The position numbers and the translations under genes were made by a program. A stretch of DNA of 64,000 bases from Phoronis australis (lineage: Eukaryota > Animalia > Phoronida): positions 956,824 to 1,020,823 of the forward strand of contig NMRA01000097.1 in NCBI GenBank assembly GCA_002633005.1, given 5' to 3'. The notes below the pieces were generated by a model. It was given only the letters and a program-made list of their open reading frames with translations, made no database searches and was not told the DNA's origin. Below are positions 39,385-50,960 of this stretch, one piece after another. Numbering within the stretch: position 1 is the stretch's first letter; the number at the start of each line of letters is the position of its first letter.

Positions 39385-39682
39385 GTTACCGTGGAATCAT
39401 AGGCACGAGCATCGCATCTTACACACATATCACCGAGGAACCTATCAGTCATGCATACGAACCCATGAATCATGCATACATGTACGAACCCAAAAAATCA
39501 CGCATGCGAACAAAAATCATGCGCACCAACCACACAAGCCATACATAAACGAATACAAAATCATACACACGAGCATTGAATCACACGCGATTATCGTTTG
39601 GTGGAAGCAGATAAAAACGTGATATGACAGTAAGATAAGCAGAAATCATATAACAAATCAAATTTGGCTTCCGGCTACAGTA
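39385..39682. repeat. Degenerate ~20-bp tandem repeat (aatcatgcatacgaacccaa-like), probably the interior of an old TIR element
   Basis: Repeated tcatgcatacgaaccc / tcacgcatgcgaac / tcatacacacgagc units. Confidence 0.55.
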
Positions 39683-40105
39683 CTCTCCTTGTTTCGTCTA
39701 ACCTGACATTGTCTCCGGGATTAGTTTATATCTCATGTCATAATTTTGATTCAGTTCTGTTCATGGCAACATTCACACCAACATATAAATGTGTTGGTAC
39801 GAGCTCTCATCGACTATATTATGTGAATCAAAAAATAAAAGATGAACCCAAAACTTAGTAATCCAACTCAATCGTTCCGTCGAGCGTCGCTCTTTGACCA
39901 ATGGCAGCGTTAGGCAAAATAGTGCCAGTCTAGGAACAAGATGGTTGTCTGACTTCCTTGGTTGTTTCCATTTTGCCCTCCACCGCTGATGAATACCACG
40001 TCGCTCGGTCAGGGCCCGAAACTCCTGGTCTTCGGTTGTTCTTGATTATATTGTGATTCATACCAATGCGTTCATAGTCCATGTTTGCACCTGATGTCCT
40101 CAACA

Positions 40106-40222
40106 CATGCGCGCACCCAGGCGGGAGGCTCGGCGGGGTACTCGAACGAGCCCCNCCGCCCGCCTTTTTGTTACCACAACGGCATTCGAGCACCCCCATA
40201 TTGAAGGCTGGGTGCGCACATG
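40106..40222. mobile_element. MITE family B copy 1 (CATGCGCGCACCCAG), 5-bp TSD caaca
   Basis: TIR catgcgcgcacccag / ctgggtgcgcacatg; caaca at 40101-40105 and 40223-40227. Confidence 0.9.
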
Positions 40223-41338
40223 CAACATTTCTGTTATAAATTCGAGTGTGAACTCGGTCAAATCTGAAAGTTTGACTCAGTAGTGGCTCGCACTCGAAGA
40301 CCCACAGTGTGTACATCAATAGTGATGTCAGTGAACTCGGTCCGCCATTGTGTGCAGTGCGTTATTCATAATGTATTTGCAGGTATACTCAAGCACTCAA
40401 TCAGAAACAATTACCTGAGTTCATAATTTGATTGCAGCTGTATTGTTACACATTTACAATAATTTTGCTGCGACTTCACAACTAAATCAGCTAGTAGTTG
40501 TCAACCGTGTAATTTTCTACATTCAGTTTCAAAAGCTCACCACGTTGTCACGGAAAGTCACGTGTTTATTTGGGATTGTTTTGTGAAATATGTAAAGTTG
40601 ACACCGTGTTGGAATGTCCAATGCTTACGCTACATCAGTTTGAATTTCCGCGGTTGATCATTGTGTTCAGTCCACTGGAGTAGGGCGGCCCGGCCGGCCT
40701 AGCGAATGCTCAGATTCACTTGGCATTTATTACGACCAAAATACCTTTGGCTGACACTTTTTATATAAAGAGGTCGACATCCCGCTAAAGTACGACTAAA
40801 GCACTGTGCATACAAATTTTGTCCTTCTTTTACTTGCGGAAATGCATAGAAAATTGTAACGCCGGGGCGAGTGCGTCCTCGTACAGACTAGTGATGAACG
40901 TAAATCGACAACGCCATCTATTGTCAAGCATCCAACTTTCCTCCTTTGAATATTGTATTGTTTGCCCGCAGGCTCGTAAATCCCAATACACAATGCGCAT
41001 AACACAAAAGCTTGTGAGTAGTGTGTTAAGTTGTAGACCCGTATGTAAACGACCTTTTACTACCACTGCACTGATCGCGTTGCGCATCTGACATCCGGAA
41101 TGAGACGCAGTGCTTACGGTTTTGTCGATGTTTATTACTTGTTAATTAATTATCAAGCTTATTATCGGACTTAACATCACATAAGTCAAGCTGAACCCCG
41201 TGTACTGAGTGGGTGGACGCGATCTCTGACGAGTGAGTTTCTTGGCTCGTCAAGTCAACTCGTACAGTCTTCTCGCAGCTCAGTCGTGAGACGAACAAAT
41301 AACCGTGAGGATCGTGTTATATTAAGACTCCGGCAAAC

Positions 41339-41501
41339 ATGATTAATATAAGAATAGACAACGGGCCGTTCGAGAGCGTTAGCAGTGTGGACGAGTCGAA
41401 GCTGAAAACTTTTAACCAGAAGCACGCAAAACAAAAGACGACGACGGGTGAGGACGAGCCTCCGGACTGTGGGATGGTTACAGTGCTGCAGCCAGCCCAT
41501 A
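41339..41501 (+). CDS. Candidate proximal first coding exon of the ANKDD1-like gene
   Basis: aacATG start, 54 codons plus 1 nt (MINIRIDNGPFESV..VTVLQPAH), then a|gtaagt donor in phase 1 that joins 48124 in frame. Confidence 0.7.
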
Positions 41502-42336
41502 GTAAGTCGCGCTTCATTGATTTGTATGCTTTTTGAAACTCTTAACTACATTAAGTCGGAGAACTGAACCGTTTATAGGCTACACTACCCTCACAATACC
41601 CGTAAACAATTATGCTAGTCGACAGGTGACGTAAGCACTTGACTAAGAAGGTTATCGTTGTTTTTAACTGCAACGACTGCCGCAGATGTTGCCATATGCG
41701 TGGGCGTAAACCGCGCCACGCCAATTAGATGAAAACTGCATTTTGTTGCAATTAAGGGTCCAGTATAACGTTGCATTCTGTGATGTACAATGGGTAGTGT
41801 GAGAACGATGCCATAATTGATTTGTTAAAGGCCCTGTCACAATACGGTACAAATAATCTAGATCTCCTAAAAACGTAGACATTTTCAGTGGAACCGACTA
41901 CGCATTGTAAAATCTGAGCGACAATTCCCAGAACGACGTCGCACTTGAAGCATGTTTCGACAGAGGTCGCAGATTCCCGACCACCGTTTCATGAAAGTGT
42001 TAGGCAGGTTCGGTTGTTCCGAGAACGAGTTTCATGTCACAAACACCTATAAAAGCAATTCAAACTCGGTGCATGTGGGACCAAAATAGTTTTTAGCACG
42101 ATCTCGAAAACGGGAGAAAAACGAGAGGGAGCCGACTGAGCGTTGTAGAATCGAAATAGGAAGCAGGAGGTCGTATTCGAGGCATTTCTTGGCCATACAG
42201 TTGTCCGTTTCCGTCCTTGTTCTTTTTTTTTCATCAGCTATCGGGAGCTTCGAGAACGAGCTTGATGTGACGTGCCCTGTGTCCGATATCTCGAAGAGAC
42301 GTGCAGTAGACTCTTTAGCAGGCAGATGGCAGTCAC

Positions 42337-42633
42337 CATGCGCGCATCCAGCCGTAAAATTGGGGGGCTCGAATTTTTGAGAATGTGGACCTTTTACTAA
42401 GATTCAATCATAGTAAAAGATCCACATTATCATTCATGGGGTACGTTCAGAGCTACGAATTGTGCATTCGCCGAATTTTGGTAGTTCCTGCCCTTTTAGT
42501 GGACTTTTGTCCCGTTTTCTACTTTTTTTCGTATTTTTGTTTCTCTGAGGGGGACTTTTTTGCCCACTTCCCAAATGGAGGGGCTCATTCGAGCATCCCC
42601 CGAGCCCCCCCCCCCTCGGTGCGCTCATCAGTG
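42337..42633. mobile_element. MITE family B copy 2, 5-bp TSD gtcac
   Basis: catgcgcgcatccagcc..ggtgcgctcatcagtg; gtcac at 42332-42336 and 42634-42638. Confidence 0.8.
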
Positions 42634-44039
42634 GTCACGTGTTGAAAGGAGCGGGATGTCGTGAATCAGCTGTATTTGTTCGTAGTGTTGAAGAAACCTG
42701 GTGAAATTGTTAATTAAAAGTGCATGGCAAATTTATAATAAACACGTTGTATACCTCATCTTGGCCCGTATAAACCGTTCCTAAGCGACACTAAATATGC
42801 GGCCTCATAACGCATGGGGTTTGATTGCAACCCCTTCGCAAATAGGGTCTCCTAAAACGGAACACTTGATTTCTGTCGCTCGCAGTCAAAATTGGCATCC
42901 AGTTTGCTCCTTTAATTCGGACGATGGGAGATTTCTGACACTTAATTCGTTACTGTTTGACACTCTCCTGAACATGCTGTTAAGGTGGGTCATTCTTTGC
43001 GTCCTATATGGTCTCTCAGCCGAAACACTGAGTTTTGGCCTTGCGGGAGGTTGAAACGCTCCTTTCTATCCTCTGGTAAGTAAGAATATATTATCTAGCG
43101 TCATTCTTCACGAACTTACTGGGCTTCAGAAAGTCTGGTGTACCTAATGATATTTGCCTTTAAGGATGTCAAGTTTTTACAAAACATGCAGCACATGTCT
43201 GTGTTATGAACAGTTCAGCACCTTTGACCTGGCCAGCTCAGTTTCGTGCACCCCACGCAATAATTTTGATAGGTTCGTGCGCATGTCCTCACTTGTCAAG
43301 CCATACCAGTATGGTTCTACTTTCCCAAATGTGGGCCTGACGTGAAATGAGTTCGAGGAATCGATCATTATCTGGCCAACAACAGACCTAACACTCTTGT
43401 GAGATACAATGGAAATTATATGTGTGTGAAAGGAAGTTATGCGGTGTGACGTCTGCCACTGTGCATGTTATTTCGTCAGTTTGGGTTCCCGAATTTTATC
43501 TCTCAAAACAGTTATTAACCCGCCTTCCATCACAAGCACAAATTTCTATTGCTGATTTATACCAGTTAAGTGTGAAATTTAGACCACATACTTATGAAGT
43601 CGGTCTCAAATGTTTCCTCTGACAGTAAATTTAGAGGTGACTTTGGGGCTTCGAAACATCTCGTTATTGTTTAAGACTGATCAGAAGGTACAAGTTGATT
43701 TGTAAAGGAGAATAATTTTATAAGCGGGGCATGGTTCCAACGAATAACGAACAGTTAGTTCTTTGTACACCTATAAATCGCTTCTCGTCTGAGTGAGGAA
43801 CAATGTAAGGACAATTTTGCAGAGGTAGGTGGACAGAACGCGGATTTGTGTCTGCTTTATGTAGTAGGCCGAACTACACGGGGGTAGAGCTCTCCTTTGT
43901 CCCGGAGGTAAGAAAGCTCATCGTTTTCATTGGCCTTGTTTCGGAATGTCGGGCACATTTTCACAGGTCGTGTCGGAAATCGTCGAGGTGTAAGGCCGTG
44001 AATATGTTTCCGATTTCAACCGTTTGAAAGTACCGGAAT

Positions 44040-44254
44040 TGAAAAAGTATCATCAAGAACGGGGATTCTGCTGGGTAAAAATTAACCCGACTAACTTCCT
44101 TTATCCACTCTCTCCGCGTGTTTTCATAGATTGATGTTGGAAAGGCAAAGACCGGGATCCACGTGTATTTGTCAAGTTTATCCAATTGTATCCCGACGGA
44201 GTTGCAGTGCAAGGCACGGCAGCGATTGTCACAGTGTAATCCACAGCGGCCCAA
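44040..44254 (-). pseudogene. Second decayed THAP-like fragment
   Basis: CRALHCNS..VFAFPT..TRREWIKEVSRVNFYP fits THAP C..C..F.FP..R..W...V.R.NF.P; the terminal CxxHF is not recognisable. Confidence 0.5.
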
Positions 44255-44864
44255 TTAGTTTCACTCAAGTGACGCAACTTGAAATGAAGGGATTGGCATA
44301 TCATGTTATAAAAAATCTTTCAGTTTTAGACAACAGAGGGCAGCTAAGATTTATGTCACATTGAACTTGTATAACTTGAAAACATATCGCTGCTATCGTC
44401 TCTCGAATTAAATTCATTGGAATCAAAACCCTGAATTTTCTGACACTGAATATGAGCTAGTTATATAAGAAGTTGTAACACTGTTAAAAATGAAATTATT
44501 TTTCTCACGCAAATGTTCTCGCTAGAAAGAAACCCTTTGCTATGAGATGTTTGGTTGAAAGTTTCACTTTCTCCGACAAGTTCCATTAAATCCCGAGTTC
44601 AATGCAACCTTGATTAAGGATTTTTACCGGTAAGTAGAAAGTTCGTATAAGCAGCTCTAAACACGAAAACGTACAGTAACAGAATGAGTCTTACCACATA
44701 AAAACTGCACTAGAGGACCGCTTCATTTAGCGGAAGCAATTAGTCAGTTAATTCATGAATTCTTTATTTAACCATCAGCTAAATCAATACGTTCTTACAC
44801 GTGTGCGTGCCATGAGGGAAACGTTAAAGTTATCAGTCACTGCGCCACTGTCATAGTCTATTTC

Positions 44865-45215
44865 TTTATGATCACTATCGTCGTGATCTTCATCGCCATT
44901 GTCATCATCATCGTCGTCATCATCATCGTCGACACTATCATCTTTATAATTTTGATTATACATTATCATCACCTTGTCGTCGTCGTCATCATCGACACTA
45001 TCTCAATTGATATTATAATCTCCTCTTGTCATCACCGCCATCGTTGTCGTCGTCATCATCGTCGTCATCATTATCATAGTCATCGACAATACTATCATCG
45101 ACATCAATTTTTGTCATTAGATCACCATCTTCGTCATCTACGATAACACCATCGCTAACTTCGTCTACATCATCATCATCAACAACGTCAACATCATCAT
45201 TATAACCACCATCGT
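44865..45215. repeat. Imperfect (ATC/GTC)n trinucleotide microsatellite
   Basis: catcatcgtcgtcatcatcatcgtc runs throughout. Confidence 0.9.
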
Positions 45216-46992
45216 CCTCTCTTATTTCTCTTCCTTATCAAAGTTACTCTACATCGCGTTCGCACGTGCAGCATTTTCCACTCGTCCAGTGACTGTTCCA
45301 TCAGCGATCTTTCTCGTCGTTTCGTTTGTCAAATACGCCTGCAAAACTACTTCATTATGATTTCACCATACAATAAAAAACTACCGGGGGTTTGGCTCTC
45401 TAAACAATCGTCGCTGTTACCATGAGTTTATTGGTAATATAATATCTTCAGCATAATCAACACAAGTTCCAATTTTCAGATGATCTCGATACAGTTAGCA
45501 TTGCCTGACACCACAATGTCGGGATGTGAAGTAAATGTTGTGAGGCGTTTACAATTTGTATCGTGTTTCGTAATACGCGGAGGAATTGCAGCAGCGGATG
45601 GTCGTCTGACCGCCTCTACTGTTCTCGGCTAATGCACGCTATTTCTACATGAAACACGCGGCTGGATATCGATTAGAAACGTTTCTATTAGGCTACGCAT
45701 TTTTACTGACTTCATTTTCACTGTGTTAACAACGCTGAAAATGAGGACGCTGACTTCGACTAATGGTTGAATGTCGGCTTAGGCAGACTTTTATTGCACG
45801 CACCACAATGATTGAGATTTGATATGTTGGTCCCTGGTCTCTTGAATTACATCCTGGTACTTGCAAACATGCTATTCATAGTTGACACTATTCCATTCAT
45901 TTCTTAACAGCTTTTTATGAAAAGGGATTCATGCAAAACCCAGTTTGTCAGCGTAGTTGGTGTCTATATTCTCAGTCGTAAGACCATTACTCACAGGTTA
46001 GTTCCCAGAATCCCCTGAGCTTCCTCCATTCCTAAAAAAATGGATATTTTCAAAGCTGCCTAAAGGGACACGAATCGAACAAGTACAACTTTCTCTTAGA
46101 CTTCCAGCATTTTAGAGAAGAATTTTCTGAAACGCCGCGATTCTGCTGCATACCGGTACTCGATACCCGATACTATCTACGTACATGATTACCGTAAGCG
46201 TAAAAAATTGGAAAACAATGGATTGGACTGAATTTCCGTGTATTCATCTGTTCCGTCGGGAGTGACCCAACTATGGGATTCGTTTTTCTCACCAGAAAAC
46301 TTTGTCGACTGCTGAGAACCGTTCGTGTCATTTTCACATATACGTATTGAGATTTGTTTCTATGAAGCTGAAGACGGGTGACGACAAGTTTCGTACAGAT
46401 CCGACTACCGCTATGCCCACTAGCGGCAGTTTTGTTTTTTTACGTTTGCCTCTGTTTCTTAAAAGTTCGTGGGTGGATTTTCACGATCTTCATCAAGAAG
46501 GTACTTAATAAGGAGACCACGACACCTTTCATGTTGGACACCGCCAGGTAGTGGCCAGTTTTATTGTTTTCGTGTCCGTTTTTTTTTTTTTTTTTTTTTG
46601 GTGTCTGTCTCTTTATCAGCCAAACCGCTCAAGGAATCATGGCAGATGTATTTTTGATGACAAGACCACTGCTGACGTTTTGTACGGGTTCGACTGCTGC
46701 AGTGCCCCCTAGTGGTATTTTTCATCTGAGGATTTGTCCCTAGGCTCTGTGCTGAATCTTTATGCAGTTTGCAAGTGTATTCCTATGACCTTAACAACAG
46801 ATAGATGGATCCGACTATTGATGTGCCGCTTAGCAACAATTTGAGTTTCCGTGTTTGCCTCTGCATCTTTGGACTCCTCGACAGACTTTCATGAAATGTA
46901 GCAAATAATTTTCTAGTCAGGAGGCGATACCACCTTCCCATGGGTTCAACGTAGTCTGTACCTTTAGTGCTAATTTTGACACTAATAAATAC

Positions 46993-47083
46993 CAGGGGCG
47001 GATCCAGGATTTTGACAAATGTATCTGGGAGAACTTTAGATGGGGGGCATGGCTCCCTTGGCCCCCCTCTAAATCCGCCACTG
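46993..47083 (-). mobile_element. MITE family A copy 5 (short, 91 bp), TSD aatac/aatat
   Basis: caggggcggatccagg..ctaaatccgccactg. Confidence 0.88.
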
Positions 47084-47219
47084 AATATTCCTAGAATCAT
47101 GAAGTTTGTGGTACAGTCGTGGGCGCTTTTTAACGCTTCGTGTTTTTGTTGTCGCATATGTTTTTGATTTTTTTCGAAAGATGTTTTGAAATGACTTTAA
47201 AGTGAGCTAAAATGTCATG

Positions 47220-47900
47220 AATTCAATCTAGTTCTCTCATATCAGACCCTTATGTCAATACGTTCTGCTATGTCAAATTTCTTTCGGTGCATTACTTAAT
47301 TTTAGACTTGCATTACGTTCCGTTGTCTCACATGTCGCATGGTCACCAGTGCTGTAGTGGTAAAATTAGAGGTAGGTAGGCGCCCAGAGCCCACCGTATC
47401 ACCCTGAACACTGAATGTAACTTACGGAGCGTAGGCGCTACGTTCAAATGTCAAAAGGTGGTTGGCTGCGCCTACCTGCGCCTACGCCCCACTACAGCAC
47501 CGATGGTCACGGACTCCTCACTCTCCATAAGTTCTGTTGTCTCACACCTCATTCAATACGTTCCGTGATCACGGGCTTCTCACACACCATTCGTTCCGCT
47601 ATCTCGCACCTCATTCAACGCGCTGCATGGTCTCGAAATTGTCACTTACCATACGTTCTGTTATCTCACACCTCATTCAATACGGTCCATGGTCAAAGAC
47701 TTCTCGCCTACAACACGTTTCGCTGTCCCAGCCAGCTCTCTCAATACTTTCGTCATCTCAAAATCCTTTTCCAATATTCGTTATCTCTGACACCTCTTCC
47801 AGTACGTTCTGTTACCTCACACTCCTTCCTTGATACATTTCAGCATCCCAAATTTCTTTCTCAACACGTTCCATCCTCTGAGACCCCTCTTTCAATTTGT
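47220..47900. repeat. Degenerate ~29-bp minisatellite (aatacgttctgttatctcacacctcattc)
   Basis: Recurrent acgttc(c/t)gtt(a/g)tctcacacctcattcaa units. Confidence 0.7.
47347..47502. mobile_element. hAT-type MITE with canonical 8-bp TSD atggtcac
   Basis: TIR cagtgctgtagtgg / ccactacagcaccg; atggtcac at 47339-47346 and 47503-47510. Confidence 0.9.
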
Positions 47901-48123
47901 TCTGCCATCTTAATGTCCCTCGCATTCAGAACTACTTTAGTGTGTTAGAGTTCTTTCGTCTTTCGATATGTTCCGTCCTCTCTTTCTACCCTTGCAGTCT
48001 TTCATTAAATGCAATCATCTCGGCCTCCACTGCTGTCAACACAGCCGCTTCAATATAGCATTTTACTTTTTGCAGTGGCACGAACATTCGTTGCTTTGTT
48101 GTAATGTGGTTGTTTTGCTTCAG

Positions 48124-48227
48124 TGTTGGATAACGAGATCATACTTCACGAAGCAGCGCGGAAGAATAGTCTCCAACAAGTGCGTCAGCTGATAAGTCAA
48201 CAGGTGGACGTCAACTCGAGAAACAAT
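48124..48227 (+). CDS. ANKDD1A: Ankyrin repeat and death domain protein, shared exon 2
   Basis: ttcag| and |gtaagt. LDNEIILHEAARKNSLQQVRQLISQQVDVNSRNN resembles ANKDD1A LERQLHEAARQNN..VNTRARN. The symbol denotes the ANKDD1A/B family. Confidence 0.9.
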
Positions 48228-49492
48228 GTAAGTTTGATGGATCGTTTTAACGGCTCCTCTTACTCCTGCCTAGAACAATGAATTACAGGAAACCCTTTTT
48301 ACCGCCGCGTATAGAAAGCCTCTTTTTGGTGACTGGAAATTCCATCTGTTGTGAAGGAGATTTGCGTGCCATAGCAGATGGTCAAGGTGTTCAGCCGAAG
48401 CCCCTGTACAGCCCCTTCAACGTCAATTTGACTTTAGAATTGTTCTTCAGCGCCACTATTTGAGACATTTCGCTACCAATTTAACGACATCCAATTTTAT
48501 CACACGTACTCTCTATCTGTGCATATAGTTTTTGTTTTAACCTGCACGTGAGGCATATTTTTAATTGATTTATTACTCTTACCTATCTGCACAAAAGCCC
48601 CTTTTCCTGCTGTCATGTGTATTTCAGTGTTTATTTCGCTTCGTATATGTTCATTCAACTTGTTGCCTGATGATGAGACATGCAGTCTTAAAATATAGCT
48701 AGTGTTTTAATTTGTTCGTTTGTTAAGTCTTTCGGTACGTGCATTGTTACATAGCTGCAGAAGATTGTTTCAGCACTACGAGCGACTTAGTATCAAGCTT
48801 TCAAACAAAAAGTTTAGTCGTGTTTTCAACTAAGTTACTGTTATATCTGTACAAAAGAACGCCCAGGCTATACGCGTGTCTGCACCTGTGGACTGTATAC
48901 CAGTAGTTGTGAAAAGAATTGGGAGAGTTGGTAGATCGTTCTTGCTTCTTTAAACCCAAGGTCAATGAGTTGGCCTTACGCTTCACCCTTTTATGCTTTG
49001 TGTACCTCATTCTGTTAAAGCAGACACTCCAGTGTGCAGTTTGGGCGATCGTCTGCTACCACTGTTGACCGACTTTCTTTGTTACTGATTCGGTATCTGT
49101 CTGAATACAACGCGAATGAACAACGCAGTCTATAGTTTGCATTGTTAACTACACGTCGACATTCGTGCATGCCTGCATGCAGTATGTATGGTTTTTAGAC
49201 TAAACTGACGACATTGTCAGAATTTTCTTGAAATTTTACATTTTTCTTCAAAGAACCTTCTACCCTGCGGTAGGTACCCAAAAAATAACACATCTGTCTC
49301 AATAAATCCATACCCGCACGCGGTTTTAGAAATCTGATTCAGGAATTTGGCAGTGCAATCTAGATGGAGGACCTTTTAATAATACGGGATGCCTGGCGTC
49401 TGAGTTGTTATATCCCTATAAGCAACACCTTCCGTAAATAAGTAGAGCCTCCGAATCATTTTACAGAACCTTTACTTGATTGTGTGTTGCAG

Positions 49493-49591
49493 TTAGACAG
49501 AACTGCACTTCATTGGGCGGCAGCCGGAGGGCACACAAAAGTGTGTGAAGTATTAATTTGCGCTGGCGCCGAGATTGAAGCCGAAGACAAG
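49493..49591 (+). CDS. ANKDD1A: ANKDD1-like exon 3 (ankyrin repeat)
   Basis: 99 nt, phase 0: LDRTALHWAAAGGHTKVCEVLICAGAEIEAEDK. Confidence 0.93.
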
Positions 49592-49926
49592 GTACCGTAA
49601 TGTTTCTCTTTATTCGAACAAAACCTATATAGTGGTTCAATGAACGTTTTTAGAATTAAGTATTTCTTTGTAATACTGCTGGGTCATGCTCATATACAGT
49701 TTAGATGGAAAATTGTCAAACAGCTTGCGATATTCAGAATGTTTATGTTTACCTTTCAACTATACACATTCATATAATAACACAATAAGAAACCGTTCGA
49801 AACAAAGAGTTTGAGTGTTTTGCTGTTTTCTCCTGATAATTGTATATTGATATTCCAGAATTCAACTGTTTAAGTAAAATTTCGTTTATTTGGTATTTTA
49901 ATTTCTAATTATTATTTTTTTTTCAG

Positions 49927-50025
49927 TATGGCATGAGATCCGTGCTCTGGGCTGCATGGTTTGGTCACACGGAAACAACACAATTTTTGGTTAACAGTGG
50001 CGCCAACACGCGGTGTACAAACAAG
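49927..50025 (+). CDS. ANKDD1A: ANKDD1-like exon 4 (ankyrin repeat)
   Basis: 99 nt: YGMRSVLWAAWFGHTETTQFLVNSGANTRCTNK, with the family GM..AWFGH..LVNSGA motif. Confidence 0.93.
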
Positions 50026-50855
50026 GTAGTATGACCTAATTTTATATCAGGAGAATCGGGCATTATCTCGTTTTCGGACCGTGACGAGCCTTTGTGATTT
50101 TCAACACAAATTCATAACTCGGGGGTTGACTATCACATTTCATTGTATCCTTAGTTCTTTAACTGTCTTACAATACACGCCAAGAACCACTGTTTAACAA
50201 CATCAATTCAAGTGCAAATTACACTCAACAGAAAGTAAGTTAAGTGTATGACTAATGATGTTTCATGACCCTCTCAACTGTGTTAAGAAGCGTGTGCTAT
50301 TTACGCCTCGAATGTTCTATCGTCCTCATATCGTCTCTCAGATCAGTTTATTGATTTTCGTGAAATTTAGTAGCTGTGCTTTTATTGTTACGCTTGCACT
50401 ATGGGCAATTGTTTCATTTTTCTCGTGTTGCTCCTTCCAGAAAGAATTTTGAAATATTAAGTACCTTTTATGGCCTAGTTGTTCGTGACACACCAAAGGG
50501 GTGCACGTGAACACATTATTTGCATCATAACAGTTACGTTCATTAACTTATTATAAAACAGTATAGCTAAAGCGTTTGAGAATTTTTGTCAAAACTGTGC
50601 TCGGTTTTCGGACACAATCTGGTTATGCTCTTTTCCAGTAATTGGTGAATTTCTTCGTCTGCACCACGTGACTGCCCATGCTTTTCGTGTTTCCTGTATT
50701 TGTTGTTATCCCGAGTTAAATTATACGCGTTGAATCTAACCAGAATTACTCGCGTCACACTGCCACCGCTACATATTGTTCATTGATTTGCAGAACGCAG
50801 AAGCTCTATGAAAAATCTTCAAACTTATATATGATTTCTGTCTGTTTTATTTCAG

Positions 50856-50960
50856 CAAGGAATGCACCTCCTTCACTGCGCATCTCAAAATAACCACATT
50901 GATGTCGTCAATTTCATTCACGAGTCCCTGGAGACGTACAGGATTGATGATTTAGAAAAG
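50856..50960 (+). CDS. ANKDD1A: ANKDD1-like exon 5 (ankyrin repeat)
   Basis: 105 nt: QGMHLLHCASQNNHIDVVNFIHESLETYRIDDLEK. Confidence 0.93.

Noticed and set aside
42973-43081. Signal-peptide-like MLLRWVILCVLYGLSA and a gtaagt donor at 43076
   Set aside because: The ORF stops before the donor, and the phase-1 frame has no ATG; at most a non-coding exon.
44784-45146. Poly-Asp and poly-His/Ile ORFs
   Set aside because: Translations of an (ATC/GTC)n microsatellite.
47448-47948. 166-aa ORF
   Set aside because: Runs through a hAT MITE end and a purine-poor minisatellite; no splice or domain support.
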